Shown: one piece after another, positions 29,567 through 38,246 of the stretch
Numbering within the stretch: the first letter of the stretch is position 1
Layout: each line of letters begins with the position of its first letter
DNA from: an uncultured archaeon
Lineage (GTDB): Archaea; Asgardarchaeota; Lokiarchaeia; Sigyniarchaeales; SOKP01
Length of the DNA stretch: 42,333 nucleotides
Assembly (NCBI GenBank): GCA_964525635.1
Contig: CAZGJX010000025.1
Location: 1 to 42,333, forward strand
Direction: 5' to 3'
The notes under the pieces: generated by a model
Databases searched by the model: none
Seen by the model: only the letters and a program-made list of their open reading frames with translations
What the model was told of the DNA's origin: nothing
Position numbers and translations under genes: made by a program

Positions 29567-31831
29567 TTATCTGGGAATGTAAGGAACATTAATATCCTCT
29601 TTATTTAAAATTGCTAAATTCTGAACAATATGCAAAGGCAAAATCGTTTTTGGTTGATTAAAAAGTGAATTCCAATCTAAATATCTTAGATCATTAAATA
29701 ATTGTGAAATTTCAATAATATTCATATTATTGATCCCTTGATGAGTTAAAACTAATCGCTGAGATGTTGCTGTCCCTCTATATGGTCTTGAAGTAATTAA
29801 TAGTGCTTCTTTGTCATTTCTAATTAAACCCAAAGGTTTTATTTTATAATCTCTCTGCTCTGAACCATAAATTCTATGAACACCACGTTTTATTACTGCA
29901 ATAACTTTTATATCAGAGTTTTCATTCATAATCCCTTCTTTTATCAATCTTTCCCTTGCATTCAAAGCTCCTTTTTTATACTCTTCTACTTGATTGCTAT
30001 AGATTGGACCATCCTTAAATAACATTAAATAATCAATGAGTTTTTTATTTGTATTCAAATAGGTTGACATAGCTACATCAACAAACCAATCATTTAGTAC
30101 AGTAGATTCTACACGTTCCCCTCTATGTGATTCAATAGAATTTTTATAAAGAACTTGCCCTAAGCTATCACATATAGCGGCATAAGCAGCGGCTTCCGCT
30201 CTTGTTTCAGGATTTCTTGAGACATCAAAACCCATAAAATAGACGGTCTTGTCTTGACTGAGATTTCCAGCAGGTTTATTTAAGTGCCATATTGATTGAT
30301 TTACCCTCAAATATCTTCCATAATTCTTTAGTGCTATTATATATCCTTCTGCTTTCACTTCAGAAGAATTCAATATTTTTTTTAAAGTACTTTCTCTAAT
30401 CATTTGACTTTTTATCGCATTTTTTCCTAATGCTCTCTTAGAAGCCCTATAGATTCTAGTTGTATTTTTATTTGGAATAATAACGTTTACAATTCCATTG
30501 CTTAAATTATTGCCACATTCTAAGCAGGTTCTCATATATCTATCAGGAGTAAGCTCTTTTATAGCAATTATATTTTTTATCTCAAAATTTCCTAGATTTA
30601 GTCTTTTAGCATGATGATTTAGATTATTATTATATTTCCTAACTTCAGATTGCAAGTAAGAAGGTATAATATAAATTATAGGAATAGTAGCAACTTTTGA
30701 AATGGGACCAAAATTTTCCAATGAAGATTTAATAGGAAGAGATTGCCAAGAGGAGTCAACTTTACACACATTATCACCCCCAAATCTTAACTCAGGTGGA
30801 TTAAATTGAATAATTGAATTGTATGGAATATCTTTATTATTTTTCCAACTATGTAAATCCCTGATAAATCTTATTTTTATTTGTCCTAAATCAAGGCCAC
30901 TACTAAGTAACATATCATATATTTTCAGAGTCTCTTCAATTCGATTTTTAGGATTTAAGATCTTCTTTTCATTGAAGACTTTATTTGGGAGAAGATGTTC
31001 GGATGGATCTATTACTATTTCTAATACATTATAAGGATAACATAGGGGTTCTGGACTGAAATCTGTTTTTACCAATATAACTGGCATATCATTTGGATAT
31101 AATTTAATTTTATTTCTAGCACACCAATTTTTATTTTGCTTTTCTTGAGTCCAATAGTTATAAATAGAGAATACGTCTGAACCTTTCTTAAATTTATACG
31201 TATCTATCGTCTGATATACAATTTCCTTTATTCTTCCATTAAAAGTACCTTCCTTTGAAACTTTAGGACATTTAACTCTCTTTCCTATTAAGAAGTGTTC
31301 GGGATCATCAATATTGTTCTTTTTTGCCCATTTAAAAAAATACTTTAAGGGAAATTTCCATCTCGTTGAAGGATCTAACCATACTCCAATTTTCCCATTC
31401 GAATAGACCTCAATTTCAGAAAAAAATGCCTCATAATAATCAAGAATGTCTGACTTATAAGGATCTCTCCTAACATACTTTTGACTTTCAGGACCCATAT
31501 ATCCCATTCGGAATGCTTGTCTCTTCAAAGCTTGAGAAATTATTTTAGCTAATATTTTTTGATGGTCAAGAGAATTTAATTCAATTTTTGTGTTTGATTT
31601 TTTAAAATCATAACCTCCATAATGATAACTATCTTCAAGATTATCTTTCCCCATATAAATTACCTTATTACCCATCGTTATAGGAAAGACTCCTCTATTA
31701 AACAGAAACCATTCAAATCCTTTTGTAATTTTATAGAAATTTTCAGGTAGAATGGATTGATCTATCAAATAACAGGGGAGAGCCACTTTTTGTAAAGGGT
31801 TATCCAATGAGACAAATAAATTCGAATACAA
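29567..31831 (-). CDS. ago: Long prokaryotic Argonaute (N-L1-PAZ-L2-MID-PIWI)
   Basis: PAZ: SIYNYW...DMPVILVK...YP. MID: Y...K...KSQMI. PIWI: MGFDVS, LFKDG, VIKRG, GTA, L.YLDW, P.T.LPLH. TTG start with AGGTGA RBS. Confidence 0.92.
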   Translation of the reverse strand: MYSNLFVSLDNPLQKVALPCYLIDQSILPENFYKITKGFEWFLFNRGVFPITMGNKVIYMGKDNLEDSYHYGGYDFKKSNTKIELNSLDHQKILAKIISQALKRQAFRMGYMGPESQKYVRRDPYKSDILDYYEAFFSEIEVYSNGKIGVWLDPSTRWKFPLKYFFKWAKKNNIDDPEHFLIGKRVKCPKVSKEGTFNGRIKEIVYQTIDTYKFKKGSDVFSIYNYWTQEKQNKNWCARNKIKLYPNDMPVILVKTDFSPEPLCYPYNVLEIVIDPSEHLLPNKVFNEKKILNPKNRIEETLKIYDMLLSSGLDLGQIKIRFIRDLHSWKNNKDIPYNSIIQFNPPELRFGGDNVCKVDSSWQSLPIKSSLENFGPISKVATIPIIYIIPSYLQSEVRKYNNNLNHHAKRLNLGNFEIKNIIAIKELTPDRYMRTCLECGNNLSNGIVNVIIPNKNTTRIYRASKRALGKNAIKSQMIRESTLKKILNSSEVKAEGYIIALKNYGRYLRVNQSIWHLNKPAGNLSQDKTVYFMGFDVSRNPETRAEAAAYAAICDSLGQVLYKNSIESHRGERVESTVLNDWFVDVAMSTYLNTNKKLIDYLMLFKDGPIYSNQVEEYKKGALNARERLIKEGIMNENSDIKVIAVIKRGVHRIYGSEQRDYKIKPLGLIRNDKEALLITSRPYRGTATSQRLVLTHQGINNMNIIEISQLFNDLRYLDWNSLFNQPKTILPLHIVQNLAILNKEDINVPYIPR

Positions 31832-31840
31832 TTTTTTTTA

Positions 31841-31880
31841 TCACCTTGTGTATAATGTAGCATGAATCATATTTAAATAT
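31841..31880 (-). promoter_or_regulatory. ago RBS (AGGTGA, 31841-31846) and candidate TATA box in palindrome ATATTTAAATAT (31869-31880)
   Basis: The RBS is 9 nt before the TTG. TTTAAATA lies a little over 20 nt upstream of the RBS, within the 152-bp divergent intergenic region. Confidence 0.5.
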
Positions 31881-31983
31881 TCTGATCGATATTTAATTTC
31901 CAAATTATTTAAGTACTTTAATTGTTTATAATAAACCAATAGAGTCTATGTTTATAATGTTGTTAATTTATTAATAAGTAAAT

Positions 31984-33108
31984 ATGTCACAAAAAAAGGA
32001 AGATTCATATTCAAAAATTAAATCATTGGTAGAAGAATCTATAGAAAAAGGAATAATTGAAAAAGATAATCTTTTAGATCCTACTTTATTTTGGTATCAT
32101 ACGTTTCATTATATATCTGATCCTTTAAATACAATCAATAATGAGACAAAATTCTCAAAAGATAACTTAGAATTTTTTATAAATCGCGAAGCAGAGATGA
32201 AAATTATTTCCAAATATATTGGAAATCTGCACAATTTATCTTCAATGACACATATCGCCTTAATAGGAGCATTGGGATGTGGTAAACACACAACTTTTAA
32301 AGCTATTTGTAAGATTGTAAATGATTCGTTTCCTGATATAAAATATGAGTTTTATAACTACTATGGATTTGATTTTAAAAATAATATTGATTTAGAAGAT
32401 GATATTTTAAAAAAAGTAGATGATTCTGATTTAGATATGAGAATTATTTCTTGTTCGGCATTGACTAAAGACTTTCTTAAAAAGAGATTTAAAAAATACA
32501 ATAAAAATACAAAGATATTGTTTTCGATTTGGAATATAGGTGAATATTCTATTCGATCTGAAATATTAGTCAATAAAGAAATCTTTTTTAGAAATTATTC
32601 CAAAAAAGAAATTATTAAAATATTGAGGAAAAGGATTGAAATGTATTTGATTAAAGATATAACTTTAGAGAAATATAAAAACAATATAATAGAGCAGGTC
32701 CTACCTCTATTATCAGAAATATCAGAGGGAAATTTACGGATTTCCTTTATTTTATTTAGGATTATCCATCAAGAAGCAAGAATTAAAGGCATTCAATTAT
32801 TTAATATGGACTTCCCCCAGACAATATTAGAGGAATTTAAAAATATGAAAAGTGTTAAATTAACTGATAAAGAAAATACTATTATTAAGTATATGCTATT
32901 TAATGGAATTAAGTATATAACTACCTCTAAGATGGTACAAGAACTAAATTATGAGAGAACTGTAGCTTGGAAATATTTAGAAAATCTTACAAATAAGAAT
33001 GTATTATATAAGCAATATGGAAATCCTTCAAAATATGAGATAACAGAATTATTTTTAAGTATATATGAAGAAAAAATAAAGAAAAAATTAATTTTTAAAG
33101 AACATTAA
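31984..33108 (+). CDS. AAA+-like (Cdc6/Orc1 or archaeal ATPase-like) protein with C-terminal winged HTH, probably a degenerate ATPase
   Basis: FINREAE, P-loop GALGCGKHTT, SEGNLR lid motif, C-terminal LTDKE..I....RTVAWKYLENL; no clear Walker B. Confidence 0.7.
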   Translation: MSQKKEDSYSKIKSLVEESIEKGIIEKDNLLDPTLFWYHTFHYISDPLNTINNETKFSKDNLEFFINREAEMKIISKYIGNLHNLSSMTHIALIGALGCGKHTTFKAICKIVNDSFPDIKYEFYNYYGFDFKNNIDLEDDILKKVDDSDLDMRIISCSALTKDFLKKRFKKYNKNTKILFSIWNIGEYSIRSEILVNKEIFFRNYSKKEIIKILRKRIEMYLIKDITLEKYKNNIIEQVLPLLSEISEGNLRISFILFRIIHQEARIKGIQLFNMDFPQTILEEFKNMKSVKLTDKENTIIKYMLFNGIKYITTSKMVQELNYERTVAWKYLENLTNKNVLYKQYGNPSKYEITELFLSIYEEKIKKKLIFKEH

Positions 33109-33121
33109 GAGAGATAAAGTC

Positions 33122-33940
33122 ATGCCTACCTTAAGGATATATTTAAATTTTTTATTTAAAAATGATTTAGAAGAAATTGAGACAAATATTCTTAAGAATG
33201 AAGATAATTTTGCAAAATTTGATGATAATGATATGATTTTAAAATCAGGTTTTTTTGAAGATCAAAAAATCTTTACAAAAATAGAGGACACTGATTATTA
33301 TATAGCAAATTATTTATTACAGCAATCAAAGTCCATTCCTTCTAAGAACTCTGAACTTATTTACTTTAAATTACAAGAATCAAAAGTGGATTCTAAGGAA
33401 GAGAGGATTTTCTTCCCTATACTAATCAAGATCATTTTTAATATAAATAAAAAAGTTTTATGCCTATATAGTAGGAAAGTTGTGGAAAATGATGCGGCCA
33501 ATAGTTTTATAAAACAATTAGAAGAAAAATATGGATTTTCTTTTAAATTTTTTCTAACTCATTTTGCTTTTAAAAAAAATAAGCTAGATAAATTTCTAGA
33601 AGCTCTGGGTAAACTTAGTAATTTCACTTCTATTTGCATTTTTGATAAAGATAATAATATAATCGCGCAAAATTCAGATACCTTATCTGAGACTAGGAAA
33701 ATTCATGAGTTTTTAGATGAAGTCAATATTGGGAATTGGAAATATGTAGAATTAATCCATAATGATCTTGAATTTAGAATAAGAATAAGTAATAAAAAGA
33801 CTCAAAATTATATTACCTTAAAAAATAGATATGATAATGATTATAAACTAGTCAAAATAACTGATTATCTAATAGAAAAAATTAAAGAAACAATTGATTT
33901 CGAAAAACAGCAGCAAGCTAAGTTGGATTGGTTTAAATAA
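33122..33940 (+). CDS. Hypothetical protein with a C-terminal PIP-box-like motif
   Basis: 272-aa ORF 13 bp after the AAA-wHTH gene; ends QQQAKLDWFK. Confidence 0.65.
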   Translation: MPTLRIYLNFLFKNDLEEIETNILKNEDNFAKFDDNDMILKSGFFEDQKIFTKIEDTDYYIANYLLQQSKSIPSKNSELIYFKLQESKVDSKEERIFFPILIKIIFNINKKVLCLYSRKVVENDAANSFIKQLEEKYGFSFKFFLTHFAFKKNKLDKFLEALGKLSNFTSICIFDKDNNIIAQNSDTLSETRKIHEFLDEVNIGNWKYVELIHNDLEFRIRISNKKTQNYITLKNRYDNDYKLVKITDYLIEKIKETIDFEKQQQAKLDWFK

Positions 33941-34285
33941 ATAAGAAATTGATGATGAATTCTTAAATTAGAAAATACTTTTAGATTTTTCTTTCATTAT
34001 ATATTCTTACATAATTAGTTCAAATTATCTTGATCATCGCCTATTTTTAAAAAAAAGTGAGATATTTGTTCATATTTGGTCATTTTTTAATCGATAATAT
34101 TAGGATCTTCAGAATTTTACCTTTAAAGAGTCTTTAGATTAATAATTCTTCATTTTATTCTTAAAAAATAGTAGATCTATCATACCTAAAAATACGAAAG
34201 TACAGTAAAAATAAAGTGAATTAAAGCCCAGAGACCAATTATCAGTAGCATTAGTAGCATTAGTATTGGTACTACACTATATTAA

Positions 34286-34311
34286 GAAACAGAAACATGT
34301 TTCCGAAACAT
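34286..34311. promoter_or_regulatory. Overlapping inverted repeats (candidate operator)
   Basis: Palindrome GAAACATGTTTC (34292-34303) overlaps ATGTTTC-C-GAAACAT (34297-34311), directly before TATATTTAAA. Confidence 0.4.
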
Positions 34312-34369
34312 ATATTTAAATGTAAAGATTTCTTTATTTTTATCAAGATATATACAAATAGGATAAAAA

Positions 34370-35107
34370 ATGATAAGAGAAGATAAGATAGGTAGACCAA
34401 TTTATAGTGATAAAATTTGGAATACTTTATTAGAAATAGGAAAAAGACTGTTAAAACTTGGATTTATAGAGACAAAATATTCAAATCTCTTTACTAAGGA
34501 TATTAGAGATGAAAATGGAACTAAATTAGGGAATATTTTCGCAGATATGAGGGGTACAAAATATTGTAATATTTGGGATGATCCAAGGCCAGCTATTTAT
34601 TCAAACACTCTTTCATTTCCTAACCTCATGAAAGAAACGATTATACTAAATAGTACGGGATGCAATCCAAATTTATATTATAGTATTGACGATGATCATG
34701 ATTGTATAGGTCTAGATTATCTTAGAGATGGAGAGGGAGAAATTATATTTCCATCAGGATTTTGTAGGCGATGCAATAGAAATATAATAAATGAAGTTGA
34801 TTGGAATGTTCTATCTGAGAACGTATATGATCTAGATAAAAGAGGAATAAATCCTATTATTGAGACTCATTATTGTGGAACTTGTAGAAAAATTGAGTAT
34901 TCAATAGACGAATTTCGGAAAAAAGACAAGAAAGATGTTAGAATTTGCGAAATATGCCGTGATAAACCAGCAACCTTGGAGCATCATATTATTTATACCC
35001 CTGAACGAATTATTAATATTTGTGTTTCCTGTCATGGAAAGATCCATAAATTCGGAAAAAATTATCCCAATCCTTTATGGAAACAAAGAAAAAATGAGAT
35101 TGAATAA
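34370..35107 (+). CDS. Zinc-binding protein with a C-terminal HNH-like nuclease domain
   Basis: CRRC...CGTC pair, then CEIC...LEHHIIY......ICVSCHGKIH. Confidence 0.7.
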   Translation: MIREDKIGRPIYSDKIWNTLLEIGKRLLKLGFIETKYSNLFTKDIRDENGTKLGNIFADMRGTKYCNIWDDPRPAIYSNTLSFPNLMKETIILNSTGCNPNLYYSIDDDHDCIGLDYLRDGEGEIIFPSGFCRRCNRNIINEVDWNVLSENVYDLDKRGINPIIETHYCGTCRKIEYSIDEFRKKDKKDVRICEICRDKPATLEHHIIYTPERIINICVSCHGKIHKFGKNYPNPLWKQRKNEIE

Positions 35108-35176
35108 ATATAAGGATTTGTTGAGAAGTGATTCAATTAGTTCTATCAAAAATATAGAAAGATTACTCTAAGTGAT

Positions 35177-36787
35177 CTAAGAAGAAGCTTTTTTGACAAT
35201 TTCGTCTAATAATTTGGGAATTTCATTATAATTATCATACCAAATTACATTAACTCCAAGTTGATTGTATAATATTTCTTTTATTGCATGATACCTCTCT
35301 AAAATATCCTTAGTCTCCTTTAATTTCTTATATCTTTCTTTCCATTTAGTTAAAAATTTATCCACTGATATTCTCTGAATAAAAGCAAAATGCTGTAGCC
35401 CATCTCTCCATAACTCTAAATTTTTCTCATGTTTAATATCTGTAAATTCATCTATCTTATTCTCCCATTTATGAAAGGAAGAATACATCAAAGATCTTAG
35501 ATTGGGATCTTTTAATGAAAGTCCAATTAATAAACAATTATAATTATCAAAAGCTTCTGTCTGACATTTATTTCTCCACAAATTTCCATTTTCACGTAAA
35601 GATAAATAGTCTGACTCCGTTAAAATGATTTTACTATTTTTATTTTTTAATAATCCATGAACATGATAAATATAGAACATATTATTGTCTCTCTTTTGAT
35701 TATAGTAAGCATATTTTTTGGGTGTTAATTCATTTAGATCATAATTCTTTTCATTAGAAATAATTTTTATATCTTTTGCTGGTAATAATATCGATTGTTT
35801 TAAGGCCTTATCCATTAAATCATCAAAATTATATGTGATAATTTTATTTGTCAATTCTGATCCACATAAACTCTGGATACTTTGGATTAATTTAGAAGTC
35901 TGCTTTCTTTTTTTGCTTTGCAAAATATCAAAAAGAGTGGTTCTAAGGTCGTTTACAATAGCAATTTTAATAAATTCCGCTTCTATTAAAGGACTCTCTT
36001 CTTCACAATCATGAAATCGTCCTGCAAAGTATGATTTTTCATTTTCAGTTATTCCTTTACTTTCGGGAATATCCTCTATGACTCTTCTCATTAATTTTTT
36101 TAAAAGTTCATTCCAATCTGGACAATTTAGGCTTTTAGAGACTCCTGAACCAAGAAATAGGATTAAATTATTTTTATTTAATTTACCTATAATCTCTATA
36201 TATTTTTCTCTGTGAAGTTTTCGCTTATTTCTTTCATAGGAAGGATCTAATCTTATAACATAATTTAAAGCTATTTTGTTAAAGAGTTCAGAATATCCCG
36301 AAATAAATCGAGAGTATTCCCAAAAAATAGGTTTTAAATCACTAAAATCCCATAATTTACATGACTCTAAATTAAGAATCTCCATATAATCTCTTCTTTT
36401 TCTCTCTTTTTCTCTCTTTTCTAATGGTCTTATAAGATATAAAATAAATATATTTCCATAATTGGTTTCCTTTACTTTCTGAAAAAAAGCTCGTTCATCA
36501 TATTCCGATCTCTCATCTTCCCACAAAAGATATATAACATTTCTCTTATTATTATTAAAAAAATCTTTTTTTCGCATATAACCTACATGACTAATTGAAC
36601 CAATAAAATTACTTTCTAATTTATTATATTTATAAGATATTTTTTCTGATATACAATAATAGAATAATAAGATTCCTATTATTCTATGAATTATGTTAGA
36701 GCTACCAATATCGCTAGTATACTGAATACGGCTCATCCTTATTATTTCTTTTTTTATATCCTCCAGATCAAAATCATAATTTTTCAT
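35177..36787 (-). CDS. SIR2-like (SIR2_2) protein with an uncharacterised N-terminal domain
   Basis: LFLGSGVS...PDW, ITYNFD, YHVHG, ILTESDY, LLIGLSLKDPN, LGVNVIW. Confidence 0.88.
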   Translation of the reverse strand: MKNYDFDLEDIKKEIIRMSRIQYTSDIGSSNIIHRIIGILLFYYCISEKISYKYNKLESNFIGSISHVGYMRKKDFFNNNKRNVIYLLWEDERSEYDERAFFQKVKETNYGNIFILYLIRPLEKREKERKRRDYMEILNLESCKLWDFSDLKPIFWEYSRFISGYSELFNKIALNYVIRLDPSYERNKRKLHREKYIEIIGKLNKNNLILFLGSGVSKSLNCPDWNELLKKLMRRVIEDIPESKGITENEKSYFAGRFHDCEEESPLIEAEFIKIAIVNDLRTTLFDILQSKKRKQTSKLIQSIQSLCGSELTNKIITYNFDDLMDKALKQSILLPAKDIKIISNEKNYDLNELTPKKYAYYNQKRDNNMFYIYHVHGLLKNKNSKIILTESDYLSLRENGNLWRNKCQTEAFDNYNCLLIGLSLKDPNLRSLMYSSFHKWENKIDEFTDIKHEKNLELWRDGLQHFAFIQRISVDKFLTKWKERYKKLKETKDILERYHAIKEILYNQLGVNVIWYDNYNEIPKLLDEIVKKASS

Positions 36788-37162
36788 AGATTTTCATTTT
36801 TTGGTTTTTAGTATTATATATTAATTTGAATTTTTAAAATATTTATTGCTTACTCGAGAGATATATTATCTTTTTATTTAATGAGAATTCAATTATATCA
36901 AGAATTTTAAAGCAGAATCAGAATTTTTAAGAATTTAATAAAACTAATTAATGGTGCAAATAAAACTTATAAAAAAGAATTGAGAAAAAGGATAATGATT
37001 ATTAACATAAATTAAGACTTAAAAGCTCTTTTACTTCAGGAATTAACCTCAAATTCTCAATTCTCCCCTCATACCAATTAAATATTATATGATCTTCAAA
37101 ATTATTTAGATAAGAATTTTAAAAAAGTAATATTGAAAAATTAAAATAATCTCTTTTCTCAA

Positions 37163-37555
37163 TTATTTATTCAAATATTTTGCTTTTTGTTGTCTCATAT
37201 AATAGGACACAAATATTTTACCTGATTCCCGATGCCAGAATTTAATATAGTCAGGTGTATTTACAAAATCAATAATCTGTGGTAGGGGCTGAACTGTTGA
37301 GGGCAGATCATCTGAGTTAAAAAGGAATCCCGCTCCATCATACTCGATTCTAATTACTTTATAGACTTCCAAATATTTGAGAGCCCCAACAAAGAGAGCT
37401 CTATCGATCGTCTCATCATATAACTCTATAATTTCGTGCTTAATTTCTTCAAAAAGATCTCCACCGTTAAATTCTCCACGAGGATTCTTTTTATATTTTA
37501 TATACAAATTCCTTGTAGTTATATTGACTAATTCAATACTTTCTATTTTGCTCAC
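37163..37555 (-). CDS. Hypothetical protein (possible winged helix)
   Basis: 130-aa GTG-initiated ORF with ALKYLE...VI helix-strand pattern. Confidence 0.55.
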   Translation of the reverse strand: MSKIESIELVNITTRNLYIKYKKNPRGEFNGGDLFEEIKHEIIELYDETIDRALFVGALKYLEVYKVIRIEYDGAGFLFNSDDLPSTVQPLPQIIDFVNTPDYIKFWHRESGKIFVSYYMRQQKAKYLNK

Positions 37556-37646
37556 CTTTTCAGTTTATTTTTTTATTTGGAGACATTATGCATTCGATAT
37601 ATTTAAAAGAAAAAATTAATCTGAAATTCAAAAAAGAGAAGAATTT

Positions 37647-38156
37647 TTAGATATAAATTCCCTGCTTTATTCCCGTCTCAACATATTTTTTCGATTTTTC
37701 CTTGTTTTTTTCCCGTAAGTTATACTCGATATCATGGAGTAGCGCCCCAGTACACATATCGATGAATTCCCTCTGAAAGATTTTTATAAAATCATCAAGA
37801 GCAATTGGTTGGGACTCAATTTTCTCAAGGAACACCCAATCTTCAAAAAACTCAGAAGCCTCATCAACTAAGATATACTCCTTCCTATCAAATTCTACCA
37901 TGTGGAGATCATCATAATACTCAATCTCAAGCCTTAACCCAATCATAATATCTTGTTCGCTCATCACAGGAAACAGGGAGTGCGGATAAATCGTAAAAAA
38001 ATGCTTAATTTCAAGTTCAGAATATTTGTTTAAGAGCTCATCTCGAAATGTGTCAAAATTAATGATATTGAGCAAAATTTTCTTTTGCGATTGAGAGATA
38101 AATTTCGCATACTTATAGTCTATATCTTGAAAATTCTCATAGGTTATTTTTACCAT
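37647..38156 (-). CDS. Acidic hypothetical protein
   Basis: 169-aa ORF with an AGGAG RBS upstream. Confidence 0.65.
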   Translation of the reverse strand: MVKITYENFQDIDYKYAKFISQSQKKILLNIINFDTFRDELLNKYSELEIKHFFTIYPHSLFPVMSEQDIMIGLRLEIEYYDDLHMVEFDRKEYILVDEASEFFEDWVFLEKIESQPIALDDFIKIFQREFIDMCTGALLHDIEYNLREKNKEKSKKYVETGIKQGIYI

Positions 38157-38246
38157 CGTTTTTTAACTCCTTATTCTTTCTTGTATATTACTATATTTTT
38201 TTTATTTAAAGAAAAAAAGTAAAGAAAAAGATGTCATAAAGGTAGG

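Noticed and set aside
30819-32573. Short ORFs 30819-31034, 32109-32291 and 32361-32573
   Set aside because: Antisense shadows of ago and the AAA-wHTH gene.
34244-34267. Tandem AGTAGCATT x2 plus a partial copy
   Set aside because: Too short for a CRISPR or iteron array, with no spacers.
26767-36787. SIR2-HerA (Nezha-type) or short-pAgo SPARSA system
   Set aside because: HerA is paired with NurA and not adjacent to SIR2; the Ago is long with a PAZ domain, and the SIR2 shows no APAZ.
34935-37619. ORFs 34935-35171 and 37377-37619
   Set aside because: They overlap better-supported genes and have no motif support.
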